Positions 1-7,196 of a stretch of 10,082 bases of DNA are shown here, piece by piece. Below the pieces are notes generated by a model that saw nothing but the letters and a program-made list of their open reading frames with translations, made no database searches and was not told the DNA's origin. The translations under genes were made by a program, and so were the position numbers. The stretch comes from a virus (lineage: Duplodnaviria > Heunggongvirae > Uroviricota > Caudoviricetes): IMG/VR virus record IMGVR_UViG_2541047688_000002. One strand, given 5' to 3'. The number at the start of each line of letters is the position of its first letter. The stretch's first letter is position 1.

Positions 1-905
1 GTCCACATGCCCGTGTTTTCACAGATCCACCGCCCGTTACTCTGGTCAAGCTCAGACTGATGGATCACACAGCCATGATGCTCACAAAGGTAGAAAACAC
101 TTTCTGGCTTATTCTTCTCCCACTTAAGACCGAAAGGCGAGGCATCATCGCCAAATTTCAGATACTGCTCCTCCCCACAGTGCGGACAGGGCACATAAAA
201 ACGCATGAAGTGTGCCGACTCGTTAGCGGCTTTTTCGATCTGGCAGGAGCCTTTGATTTTAGGCGTCGAGCCGCGAATGGATTTTGGCCATACAGAGCCC
301 TCAATACGTTTATCCCCCAGCAGGGTTGGCGAACCCTCTTTTTCAACATCCGGTTCGAACGAGGAAAGCTCGTCATAACAGACCACATCCACGGATTTTT
401 CACGGTAGTTTTTTGCTGCCGCACCACCCAGACACCAGAACCCCACACCGGAGGAAAAACGCTTCAGGGTGAGCGTATTATCGCGGTGTTTTCTTCCGAA
501 CCATGGAGCCAGCTCCAGCAATGCAGGAACATCCCTTATCGTTGGCTCAACATGAGATTTCATAAAATCTTCAGCAGCTGAGTCCGTGGGCTGAAAAAGA
601 AGGCTGTTGCGTGATTTATGCTCAATAAAATAAGCCTCCACTCCCAGCAACATCTTTGTATAACCAACACGGGCAGATTTAATCAGGTTAACCGTGCGAA
701 TCAGATCGTTGCCCATACAGTTCATGATGCCAACCTGAAACGGCAGTGTTTCCCATCGCCCCGGGGTATAAGACGACTCTTTAGGAAGGTAATAATGTTT
801 ATTGGCCCACTGAACTGTCGTCAGTGGAACAGGAATAATGAGAGATAAAAGCCCTGTAGCTATCGCACCGGCTGCATTAGCTGCCTTCTGCGCGTCTGAA
901 ATCAT
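1..905 (-). CDS. A: Terminase large subunit (lambda gpA-like), N-terminal ~301 codons; CDS continues past the window start
   Basis: Minus-strand frame reads continuously from ATG (revcomp of 903-905) to position 1: [13 protein letters not shown]...[27 protein letters not shown]...[35 protein letters not shown]. These match lambda gpA as recalled (e.g. [44 protein letters not shown]). The ATG lies 26 nt upstream of the Nu1 stop, the same overlap as in lambda. Absent from the ORF track because it runs off the window. Confidence 0.9.
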   Translation of the reverse strand, partial: MISDAQKAANAAGAIATGLLSLIIPVPLTTVQWANKHYYLPKESSYTPGRWETLPFQVGIMNCMGNDLIRTVNLIKSARVGYTKMLLGVEAYFIEHKSRNSLLFQPTDSAAEDFMKSHVEPTIRDVPALLELAPWFGRKHRDNTLTLKRFSSGVGFWCLGGAAAKNYREKSVDVVCYDELSSFEPDVEKEGSPTLLGDKRIEGSVWPKSIRGSTPKIKGSCQIEKAANESAHFMRFYVPCPHCGEEQYLKFGDDASPFGLKWEKNKPESVFYLCEHHGCVIHQSELDQSNGRWICENTGMW

Positions 906-1425
906 CGATCCACCCGCCCACGTTTTCACCGGCCTTAGCTGCAACATTGGAGGCTTTCGCGATTTCAGTTTTCACCACATCAAGGTGTGATGGTGAAATG
1001 TCCGGATATTTACGCTGTAATGTCAACGGCACACGCACAAGTATCCCCGAAATCTCCTGTGCCACACGTTGCAGAATGAAGGTAAACAGTTCAGTTTCCA
1101 GCACTACTCCGTCTTCACGGGCATTTTTCAGTTCCTGCGCATCTGCCTGCGCTTTTGTGAGCCGGTAGCGTTCATAGTCAATGGTGCCGGGTTGTAAATC
1201 TGACTCCGCTGCCGCACGCAAATCGTCCAGTTCTTTGCGGAGCTTTTCGTTTTCGATATCAGTTTCCCTCTGCGCATACCACTGAATTGCCATGGCAGTA
1301 TCAAATACAGATTCAATGCCCTTACTGCCTTTGGAGACGCAAGGGAGCCCCTGAGACTGCCAGCGTTCAATCGTCCGCGGGTCCACGTTGAAAATTTCGG
1401 CAAGCCTCTTTTTATTAACCTTCAT
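877..1425 (-). CDS. nu1: Terminase small subunit (lambda Nu1-like; nohD/nohB-type)
   Basis: ORF-track protein [29 protein letters not shown]...[29 protein letters not shown] closely parallels lambda Nu1 (MEVNKKQLADIFGASIRTIQNWQEQGMP...[28 protein letters not shown]). ATG at 1423-1425 (revcomp); sits between cos and gpA. Confidence 0.9.
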   Translation of the reverse strand: MKVNKKRLAEIFNVDPRTIERWQSQGLPCVSKGSKGIESVFDTAMAIQWYAQRETDIENEKLRKELDDLRAAAESDLQPGTIDYERYRLTKAQADAQELKNAREDGVVLETELFTFILQRVAQEISGILVRVPLTLQRKYPDISPSHLDVVKTEIAKASNVAAKAGENVGGWIDDFRRAEGS

Positions 1426-1625
1426 GAAAACAACCCATTATCAAATACAAGGCCCGACATGAAAACGCCAGAAAAAGGCATTTTCGGACACTTTCATGTC
1501 GGACCTTTACGGATGCAATATTAAAAAAAACAAAAAGTTATATTCGAGAAGTACCGACACGATTTTCCCTGAAAAATTTTCATAAATAGTGAAAAACCGC
1601 GAGGTCGCCGCCCCGTAACCTGTTG
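1426..1625 (-). other. cos DNA-packaging site: cosB (1426-1591), cosN 12-nt cohesive-end sequence (1592-1603), cosQ side (1604-1625)
   Basis: Revcomp of 1592-1603 is GGGCGGCGACCT, the lambda cohesive-end sequence. The adjacent minus-strand sequence GGGCGGCGACCTCGCGGTTTTTCACTATTTATGAAAATTTT matches the lambda left end as recalled. Revcomp of 1604-1612 is CAGGTTACG, as at the lambda right end. cosB holds inverted 11-bp repeats CCGACATGAAA (1454-1464) / TTTCATGTCGG (1493-1503) and an A-tract at 1524-1531, consistent with Nu1 R-sites and an IHF bend. Confidence 0.8.
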
Positions 1626-1761
1626 GATCGACGGAAAGGACCCGAAAACGAGAATAATTATCACTTACAGCAAGAATCGAATCTGATCTATTATGGTGCT
1701 TGCTATTATGTGCCGGCACAAGTGCGTCGTTTACCGTCATTTCACACAGAGGCATCATCAA

Positions 1762-2013
1762 ATGAAAATCAGAAATATTCTCGCTATCTCCCTTGCGACA
1801 TCATCCTTCAGTTGCCTGGCATTTAAATCCTCGCCCAATGTGCTACCAGGACCAACGAATCAACTAACTGCGGTAGAAAGTAAAATTATCGGACATTTTT
1901 ATGCCCCACACAGTACATTACCCGGAACAACCATCACAGGGACATGTGACGCCTCCCCCGTCCCGGGATGCACCTGTCCGTTTTGTACTATGCTGCGTAG
2001 CCAAAACCGATAA
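1762..2013 (+). CDS. Hypothetical small secreted protein (83 aa) with a Cys-rich C-terminus
   Basis: ATG at 1762 with AGAGG 10 nt upstream. N-terminus MKIRNILAISLATSSFSCLA looks like a signal peptide; C-terminus TGTCDASPVPGCTCPFC. Overlaps an alternative frame (1901-2074), so coding status is uncertain. Confidence 0.3.
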   Translation: MKIRNILAISLATSSFSCLAFKSSPNVLPGPTNQLTAVESKIIGHFYAPHSTLPGTTITGTCDASPVPGCTCPFCTMLRSQNR

Positions 2014-2074
2014 CATCCGCATTTACCTGGTATTCCATGATGAGTTCACGCAGCGACTGATAGAGGAAGGAAAG

Positions 2075-2254
2075 ATGGTTAGTAAAAGCAAGGCGCATTG
2101 CCGCCGCATGCTGCAGGCATTGCAACAGACGAGAGCAGGTATTTTTGACCAGTTGGAAAACTGCCAGCATACTTTGCCCGAGTATATCGCCATCTCATCG
2201 GAAACCAGTGCAACTCTTATTCATCGGGTTCCACCAGAGAAAAAGAAGAAATGA
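2075..2254 (+). CDS. Hypothetical 59-aa basic protein
   Basis: Strong SD GAGGAAGGAAAG immediately upstream of ATG 2075. Protein MVSKSKAHCRRMLQALQQTRAGIFDQLENCQHTLPEYIAISSETSATLIHRVPPEKKKK. Stop TGA overlaps the next ATG (ATGA at 2251-2254). Confidence 0.4.
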   Translation: MVSKSKAHCRRMLQALQQTRAGIFDQLENCQHTLPEYIAISSETSATLIHRVPPEKKKK

Positions 2255-2388
2255 ACAGTGAGGCGTTGTGTGGCATACAACGCCTTCTTCCATCATTCCT
2301 CGTCAGCCATGACAAAAATATAACCGCTGGCTCTTTCATTTTTCTCCTGCTTCCAGCCCCTCTCTACCTGGAAGCATCAAGGACGTGA
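2251..2388 (+). CDS. Hypothetical 45-aa hydrophobic peptide, translationally coupled to the upstream ORF
   Basis: ATG 2251-2253 overlaps the upstream stop (ATGA). Translation MNSEALCGIQRLLPSFLVSHDKNITAGSFIFLLLPAPLYLEASRT has a hydrophobic core. Below the ORF-track length cutoff. The 3' end overlaps the convergent lipoprotein gene by 12 nt. Confidence 0.3.
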   Translation: MNSEALCGIQRLLPSFLVSHDKNITAGSFIFLLLPAPLYLEASRT

Positions 2389-2703
2389 CGGCGTAAAGAT
2401 AAATTGTCTCTTCACTCCCTGACAGGGGCGATTCTTTTCAAATCGCCATTTCGCCATGGCCTTCACCACTTCATCACGAAACAAATTATGAGGCTCTGAG
2501 CGGAGAAAAACGATCCGTGTCACAGTCCCATCAGCACCAATATCGAACTTAACCTCAACCAGCCCCTTGATATAATTTGCTGCAGCATATTCCGGATATC
2601 GTGGATACACCGTCACTAATTGCCGGGGCTCATCAGCTTTTTGCTGCGAGCATCCCACTGCCAGGACAGATAACAGAAAAAGTAGTAAAAGGCGTCTTTT
2701 CAT
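2377..2703 (-). CDS. Prophage lipoprotein with a TonB C-terminal-domain fold (candidate TonB-CTD decoy); start at internal Met 19 of the track ORF
   Basis: ATG at 2701-2703 (revcomp) with AGGA 6 nt upstream. Signal peptide plus lipobox MKRRLLLLFLLSVLAVG|CSQQ (Ser at +2). Mature region YPRYPEYAAANYIKGLVEVKFDIGADGTVTRIVFLRSEPHNLFRDEVVKAMAKWRFE aligns with the E. coli TonB C-terminal domain as recalled ([54 protein letters not shown]). Confidence 0.75.
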   Translation of the reverse strand: MKRRLLLLFLLSVLAVGCSQQKADEPRQLVTVYPRYPEYAAANYIKGLVEVKFDIGADGTVTRIVFLRSEPHNLFRDEVVKAMAKWRFEKNRPCQGVKRQFIFTPSRP

Positions 2704-3183
2704 TTTTATTCCTACGGGTCTTATTCTGACAATATATCCTGTGTTCCAGACTGCCACATCACCACATCCTGTGCCATTATCTGACTCACATTACATACAT
2801 CGCATCGGGATACAGTAGTAGCACTTTCTGTAATACAGCTTCCTGTTTCTTCCACCATCGCACCGGGATAAACCCGCGAATCATTAACGCGGTAAAAACC
2901 CGGTGTGCATCGTTTTTAATTATTCCCGCACACTCACGCAGAAGGAATTCCCCGTCGGGCTACGGTCATGGTTAATGCGGGAATACGGCGACGATACAGC
3001 GCAGCTAAAAGGGTAATGGACGGATAGACCGGTTTATTTCATTCCACAGGATTCTGAGTGTCCCCAACTTCCTCCAATAGTCTGAGCCCACCTGTGTAGT
3101 TTTAATTTTCATCAATCCATTTAACTATCGTTTAATTGTTGTCACATAGGATTCTGCCGTTTTTAACAATGCAGGATAATAAG

Positions 3184-3477
3184 ATGAAAAAAATGTTGTT
3201 TTCTGCCGCTCTGGCAATGCTTATTACAGGATGTGCTCAACAGACGTTTACTGTTGGAAACAAACCTACAGCAGTAACACCAAAGGAAACCATCACCCAT
3301 CATTTCTTCGTTTCGGGAATTGGGCAGAAGAAAACTGTCGATGCAGCAAAAATTTGTGGTGGTGCAGAAAATGTTGTTAAAACAGAAACCCAGCAAACAT
3401 TCGTAAATGGATTGCTCGGTTTTATTACTTTAGGCATTTATACTCCGCTGGAAGCGCGTGTGTATTGCTCACAATAA
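3184..3477 (+). CDS. bor: Bor outer-membrane lipoprotein (serum-resistance lysogenic conversion protein)
   Basis: MKKMLFSAALAMLITGCAQQTFTVGNKPTAVTPKETITHHFFVSGIGQKKTVDAAKICGGAENVVKTETQQTFVNGLLGFITLGIYTPLEARVYCSQ is near-identical to lambda Bor as recalled. Lipobox LITGC; AGGA 7 nt upstream of ATG 3184. The track ORF begins further upstream at 3136. Confidence 0.9.
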   Translation: MKKMLFSAALAMLITGCAQQTFTVGNKPTAVTPKETITHHFFVSGIGQKKTVDAAKICGGAENVVKTETQQTFVNGLLGFITLGIYTPLEARVYCSQ

Positions 3478-3488
3478 TTGCATGAGTT

Positions 3489-3504
3489 GCCCATCGATAT
3501 GGGC
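3489..3504. other. Short palindrome GCCCATcgatATGGGC between the convergent bor and Rz 3' ends
   Basis: Perfect 6-bp stem with a 4-nt loop seen directly in the sequence; no adjacent T-tract, so terminator function is uncertain. Confidence 0.25.
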
Positions 3505-3508
3505 AGCT

Positions 3509-3970
3509 CTATCTGCACTGCTCATTAATATACTTCTGGGTTCCTTCCAGTTGTTTTTGCATAGTGATCAGCCTCTCTCTGAGGGTGAAATAATCCCGTT
3601 CAGCGGTGTCTGCCAGTCGGGGGGAGGCTGCATTATCCACGCCGGAGGCGGTGGTGGCTTCACGCACTGACTGACAGACTGCTTTGATGTGCAACCGACG
3701 ACGACCAGCGGCAACATCATCACGCAGAGCATCATTTTCAGCTTTCGCATCAGCTAACTCCTTCGTGTATTTTGCATCGAGCGCAGCAACATCACGCTGA
3801 CGCATCTGTATGTCAGTAATTGCCGCGTTCGCCAGCGTCAGTTCTCTGGCATTTTTGTCGCGCTGGGCTTTGTAGGTAATGGCGTTATCACGGTAATGAT
3901 TAACAGCCCATGACAGGCAGACGATGATGCAGATAACCAGAGCGGAGATAATCGCGGTTACTCTGTTCAT
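3509..3970 (-). CDS. Rz: Rz i-spanin (inner-membrane spanin subunit)
   Basis: [53 protein letters not shown]... matches lambda Rz as recalled. ATG (3968-3970 revcomp) overlaps the R stop as ATGA. The track ORF starts 4 codons earlier at a GTG. Confidence 0.9.
   Translation of the reverse strand: MNRVTAIISALVICIIVCLSWAVNHYRDNAITYKAQRDKNARELTLANAAITDIQMRQRDVAALDAKYTKELADAKAENDALRDDVAAGRRRLHIKAVCQSVREATTASGVDNAASPRLADTAERDYFTLRERLITMQKQLEGTQKYINEQCR
3568..3750 (-). CDS. Rz1: Rz1 o-spanin (outer-membrane lipoprotein) embedded in the +1 frame of Rz
   Basis: [60 protein letters not shown] has a lipobox VVGC and a proline-rich mature part; it matches lambda Rz1 as recalled and lies entirely inside Rz. 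Confidence 0.85.
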   Translation of the reverse strand: MRKLKMMLCVMMLPLVVVGCTSKQSVSQCVKPPPPPAWIMQPPPDWQTPLNGIISPSERG

Positions 3971-4464
3971 TGCTGACCCCACAAACAGATTTCACGCTCA
4001 ATCTCACGACGAGTCATGAGACCTTTCCATTGCTTACCGCCAGCATATGTCCAGCGACGTAGCTGATCACATGCGCCTTTGATATCGCCCTGGTTTATTT
4101 TGCGAAGAAGCGTCGATGTTCTGAAATTGCCAGCACCCACGTTGTAAACGAATGAGTAAAGAGCGCCGCGCATTGTTTCCGGTATATCGACTTTGATGTA
4201 CGGGTTAATTTGTCTGGCGACCGTGGCAAGGTCTTTATTCAGGAGGGCTTTGCATTCTGCTTTGGTATACGTTTTACCGAGCATGATGTCTTTTCCTGTA
4301 TGCCCGTGACATACAGTCCATACACCAACAATATCTTTGTATGGTATGTAGCTGACACCTTCCAGACCATCGTTACCACTTGGGCCAGTGATTAACACTG
4401 ATGCTATAGCAATTGCTCCGCCACCAATAGCAGCAGCAACGGCTTTTCGTAATGATGGAGGCAT
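3967..4464 (-). CDS. R: SAR endolysin (phage 21 R21-type lysozyme with an N-terminal signal-arrest-release domain)
   Basis: [44 protein letters not shown]... has a Gly/Ala-rich weakly hydrophobic N-terminal SAR segment followed by a lysozyme domain, matching phage 21 R as recalled. The start overlaps the S stop (TAATG). Confidence 0.9.
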   Translation of the reverse strand: MPPSLRKAVAAAIGGGAIAIASVLITGPSGNDGLEGVSYIPYKDIVGVWTVCHGHTGKDIMLGKTYTKAECKALLNKDLATVARQINPYIKVDIPETMRGALYSFVYNVGAGNFRTSTLLRKINQGDIKGACDQLRRWTYAGGKQWKGLMTRREIEREICLWGQQ

Positions 4465-4679
4465 TATTCACCTCTCGCAGCCTTGCGCTTATCTTCTTTA
4501 ATCTTGAAATAAAGGTTTGTCAGGTACGTCAGCAGGCCAAATACCAGGCTACCCAGCACACCTATTGCCGCCCACTGTGAGGGCGTGACTTTATCGAGCA
4601 ACTGTAAAAACCAGTACCCGGCACTACCTGCTGAGGTACCATAGGCGACACCCGTTGTTAACTTATCCATGGATTTCAT
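4464..4679 (-). CDS. S: Pinholin (phage 21 S21-type holin, class II, dual start)
   Basis: [71 protein letters not shown] has two transmembrane segments and a dual-start motif (Met1 and Met4), matching S21 as recalled. Confidence 0.9.
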
Positions 4680-4808
4680 AACCCCACCTCGCAGACAAAG
4701 CGGGTGTAAATTAAGGGGATACTACGTATCGCAATAAAGGCAGAAACGTAACAGATTCGGAGTCAGTGAATAACTCAGGTATTGGGTTATCAGCTAATAT
4801 CGAGACTC

Positions 4809-4842
4809 AAAAAATGGAAAAACCCGCTCGACGGCGGGTTTA
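4809..4842 (-). terminator. Putative intrinsic terminator (hairpin CCCGC-tcgacg-GCGGG flanked by an A-run and a T-run), stronger for the minus strand
   Basis: Stem 4823-4827 / 4834-4838. On the minus strand the stem is followed by UUUCCAUUUUUUG (revcomp of 4805-4820); on the plus strand only TTTA follows. Lies upstream of S on the late strand. Confidence 0.45.
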
Positions 4843-5267
4843 AGCTGTGTGACGAAGTAACCACTCTTAACAGCATAACCAATTTTTTACGTACGTAAAC
4901 TACTAAATGATATTTGTGAGAATGCCACCGAGTGTTCAAAACACCACCACAAATGCATAAGAAAACTTCAACAAATAACCAGTTAATAATTTCCGATGTT
5001 ATTTTTAGTTTGTTTAAATTAAGCTAAAGAATTATAGAGCACTTATAAATAAGTGCCATTAATATAAATTAGCTAATAGATTTATTTTTGTTCAGACAAG
5101 AGCCATGAATAGGATTAGATAGAAAAGGTTCAGATAAAAATAGAGATCTACTTCACAAATTAAATGAGAAACTAAAACTTACATCTTGAAATAATCACAT
5201 TGATTAGATGAATATTTATCGCGCAGTGACATCATTTTTTAATAAAAGTTCAAAAAAAGGGCGTACA

Positions 5268-6350
5268 ATGAAAAAATTAACAGTGGCAATTTCTGCTGTA
5301 GCTGCATCAGTACTGATGGCGATGTCTGCTCAGGCAGCTGAAATTTATAATAAAGACAGTAACAAGCTGGATCTATACGGGAAAGTTAATGCCAAGCACT
5401 ACTTCTCCTCTAATGATGCAGATGATGGTGATACTACTTATGCCCGTCTTGGCTTCAAAGGTGAAACCCAAATCAACGATCAACTGACTGGTTTCGGTCA
5501 GTGGGAATATGAATTCAAAGGCAACCGTGCTGAATCTCAAGGTTCTTCCAAAGACAAAACCCGTCTTGCATTTGCAGGCCTGAAATTTGGTGATTACGGC
5601 TCAATCGATTACGGCCGTAACTACGGTGTAGCATACGACATCGGTGCGTGGACTGACGTTCTGCCAGAATTCGGTGGTGATACCTGGACCCAAACAGATG
5701 TGTTCATGACTGGTCGCACTACTGGTGTTGCAACTTATCGTAACAACGACTTCTTTGGTCTGGTCGATGGCCTGAACTTTGCTGCTCAGTATCAGGGTAA
5801 AAATGACCGCACTGACGTAACTGAAGCCAATGGTGATGGTTTCGGTTTCTCCACTACTTATGAGTATGAAGGATTCGGCGTGGGTGCAACCTATGCTAAA
5901 TCAGATCGCACTGACGGTCAGGTCGCCTATGGTAAGAGCAAATTCAATGCCTCCGGCAAAAATGCGGAAGTATGGGCTGCAGGCCTGAAATATGATGCGA
6001 ACAATATCTATCTGGCTACCACATATTCTGAAACTCAGAATATGACCGTTTTTGGTAATAACCATATTGCAAACAAAGCACAAAACTTTGAAGCAGTAGC
6101 ACAATATCAGTTTGACTTCGGTCTGCGTCCATCTGTTGCTTACCTTCAGTCAAAAGGTAAAGACCTTGGTGTTCATGGTGACCGAGACTTAGTCAAGTAT
6201 GTCGATGTCGGTGCTACTTACTACTTTAATAAAAACATGTCCACTTTTGTTGATTACAAAATCAACTTAATTGACGATAGTAAGTTTACCAAAACAGCTG
6301 GTATTGATACCGACGACATCGTCGCTGTAGGTCTGGTTTATCAGTTCTAA
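5268..6350 (+). CDS. nmpC: General diffusion porin of the OmpC/OmpF/PhoE family, prophage-encoded (NmpC / Lc-type)
   Basis: Signal peptide [23 protein letters not shown]|AEIYNK; porin hallmarks ([17 protein letters not shown]..., C-terminal VAVGLVYQF ending in Phe). Position between Q and S matches nmpC in DLP12 and lc in PA-2. The track ORF begins at 5208, but 5268 gives a proper signal peptide and an AAGGG SD. Confidence 0.9.
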   Translation: MKKLTVAISAVAASVLMAMSAQAAEIYNKDSNKLDLYGKVNAKHYFSSNDADDGDTTYARLGFKGETQINDQLTGFGQWEYEFKGNRAESQGSSKDKTRLAFAGLKFGDYGSIDYGRNYGVAYDIGAWTDVLPEFGGDTWTQTDVFMTGRTTGVATYRNNDFFGLVDGLNFAAQYQGKNDRTDVTEANGDGFGFSTTYEYEGFGVGATYAKSDRTDGQVAYGKSKFNASGKNAEVWAAGLKYDANNIYLATTYSETQNMTVFGNNHIANKAQNFEAVAQYQFDFGLRPSVAYLQSKGKDLGVHGDRDLVKYVDVGATYYFNKNMSTFVDYKINLIDDSKFTKTAGIDTDDIVAVGLVYQF

Positions 6351-6361
6351 TCTGACTTACG

Positions 6362-6401
6362 AAAAAGATATGTTGCGGGAGGCTTTGCCTCCGCAACATA
6401 T
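6362..6401 (-). terminator. Putative tR'-like intrinsic terminator for the late (minus-strand) transcript
   Basis: Imperfect 14-15-bp inverted repeat ATATGTTGCGGGAGG / CCTCCGCAACATAT (6368-6401). On the minus strand it is followed by CUUUUUCG (revcomp of 6360-6367). It ends about 180 nt downstream of the Q stop, comparable to the lambda pR'-tR' distance. Confidence 0.5.
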
Positions 6402-6538
6402 AAGTGGAGCCCTCAAGCCACTTCCTTTAGAAGCACTACCTTGCTTCTTACTATATAAACCTTCTGTTATATATTACCCTTTATTTTGGGGGCGTTTCCA
6501 CGCCCCATTTTTAATAACTTTTAGTAAACAATTGCATA
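6402..6538 (-). promoter_or_regulatory. Predicted late promoter pR' / qut region downstream of Q (exact -35/-10 not resolved)
   Basis: Positional inference from lambdoid late-operon architecture (Q, then pR'/qut, then tR'). AT-rich with several TATAAT-like hexamers on the minus strand (TATTAA, TAATAT, TATAGT); no confident -35/-10 pairing could be made by eye. Confidence 0.35.
6489..6512 (+). terminator. Putative intrinsic terminator for the porin transcript
   Basis: GGGGCGT-ttcc-ACGCCCC, a 7-bp GC-rich stem (6489-6506), followed by ATTTTT on the plus strand; about 140 nt downstream of the porin stop. Confidence 0.5.
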
Positions 6539-6922
6539 TCAATTAGAATTATTAGCAACGATATCCATATCTAACCGGATATCTAATGCCATTAACATCC
6601 CTTCAATTATGCCCTCAGCCTTCTGTAACCTTTTCCCGATATAACCATCCGAGCAGCAATGCTTACTTGCCAGTGACATGAATGTCATACCACATACATA
6701 ATAATCTACTAATAAATCGTGTAAATCGCTGTTGTTCTTTTTCAGACGGGCCATGCACCCGCAAATGATCATCGCGTCATCGTCACAACATTGCGGGCGA
6801 GATTTTACTTTTGAAGGAATTAATCCCTTAAAACCGGCGGCAATGGACGACCAGGTCACATCTTCATGATTATTAGCCGCCCACGCCCCCCAACGCTCAA
6901 GAACCATCTGAATATCACGCAT
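6539..6922 (-). CDS. Q: Late-gene antiterminator Q (QuuD / phage 21-82 type)
   Basis: [62 protein letters not shown]... matches DLP12 QuuD as recalled, with a Cys-rich zinc-binding region. ATG at 6920-6922 (revcomp); the track start 5 codons upstream is a TTG. Confidence 0.85.
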   Translation of the reverse strand: MRDIQMVLERWGAWAANNHEDVTWSSIAAGFKGLIPSKVKSRPQCCDDDAMIICGCMARLKKNNSDLHDLLVDYYVCGMTFMSLASKHCCSDGYIGKRLQKAEGIIEGMLMALDIRLDMDIVANNSN

Positions 6923-7007
6923 CAACTTACTCCACAAAAATCAGACCAGAACGCCAATTACAAGCAAAAATCAACAAAACAGTATTAGTTGATTGTTATC
7001 TCTGACT

Positions 7008-7148
7008 TCATACTCCTGTTCCTGTCAGGGTTTTGGCGTAATTCTTCAGTATTCGGTAATCGGTCAAAACAGAACCGAGGAAACGATATAAGCGCAGACG
7101 CCCCCAGCGGTGGCGAAGAAGTTCTGCCATATTAAACTCAAACATCAT
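7008..7148 (-). CDS. ylcG: YlcG-like small protein (46 aa) of the lambdoid nin region
   Basis: Translation MMFEFNMAELLRHRWGRLRLYRFLGSVLTDYRILKNYAKTLTGTGV matches DLP12 YlcG as recalled; its start overlaps the rusA stop. Below the ORF-track length cutoff. Confidence 0.6.
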   Translation of the reverse strand: MMFEFNMAELLRHRWGRLRLYRFLGSVLTDYRILKNYAKTLTGTGV

Positions 7149-7196
7149 TCATTCCCCATTTCGGTGATGGTCAGTTCCAGCCTCCCACCTTTGGTA
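7145..7196 (-). pseudogene. rusA: 3' remnant of rusA (Holliday-junction resolvase), last 16 codons only, truncated by IS911
   Basis: Minus-strand translation immediately left of the IS911 end is TKGGRLELTITEMGNE-stop, matching the RusA C-terminus as recalled. The rest of the gene is not found on the other side of the IS. Confidence 0.6.

Noticed and set aside
60-848. Track ORFs 60-581 (+), 158-448 (-) and 618-848 (+)
   Set aside because: They lie antisense to, or in the wrong frame of, the terminase large-subunit gene, whose minus-strand frame reads continuously with clear gpA homology from 905 to 1; they are chance open frames.
947-1403. Track ORFs 947-1168 (+) and 1128-1403 (-)
   Set aside because: Entirely inside the Nu1 CDS (antisense or alternate frame); no start signals; compositionally odd (Ser/Arg/Cys-rich).
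1507-1826. Track ORFs 1507-1761 (-) and 1623-1826 (+)
   Set aside because: The first spans cosN/cosB, which is non-coding packaging DNA in lambdoid phages; the second has no RBS and overlaps the better-supported 1762 start. Both treated as spurious.
1901-2170. The 5' extension of track ORF 1901-2254 (MPHTVHYPEQ...) and the minus-strand ORF 1988-2170
   Set aside because: There is no SD before 1901, whereas a very strong SD precedes the internal ATG at 2075, so the shorter 2075-2254 product is preferred. The minus ORF has no start signal and overlaps this operon.
3163-3396. Track ORF 3163-3396 (-)
   Set aside because: Antisense to bor, which is confidently identified.
3458-4395. Track ORFs 3458-3670 (+) and 4210-4395 (+)
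   Set aside because: Antisense to Rz/Rz1 and to the endolysin gene; Gly/Pro-rich translations are typical of reading these genes backwards.
5208-5267. N-terminal 20-codon extension of the porin ORF ([20 protein letters not shown])
   Set aside because: It would bury the signal peptide; the ATG at 5268 gives a canonical signal peptide and has an SD.
5901-6104. Track ORF 5901-6104 (-)
   Set aside because: Antisense within the porin gene.
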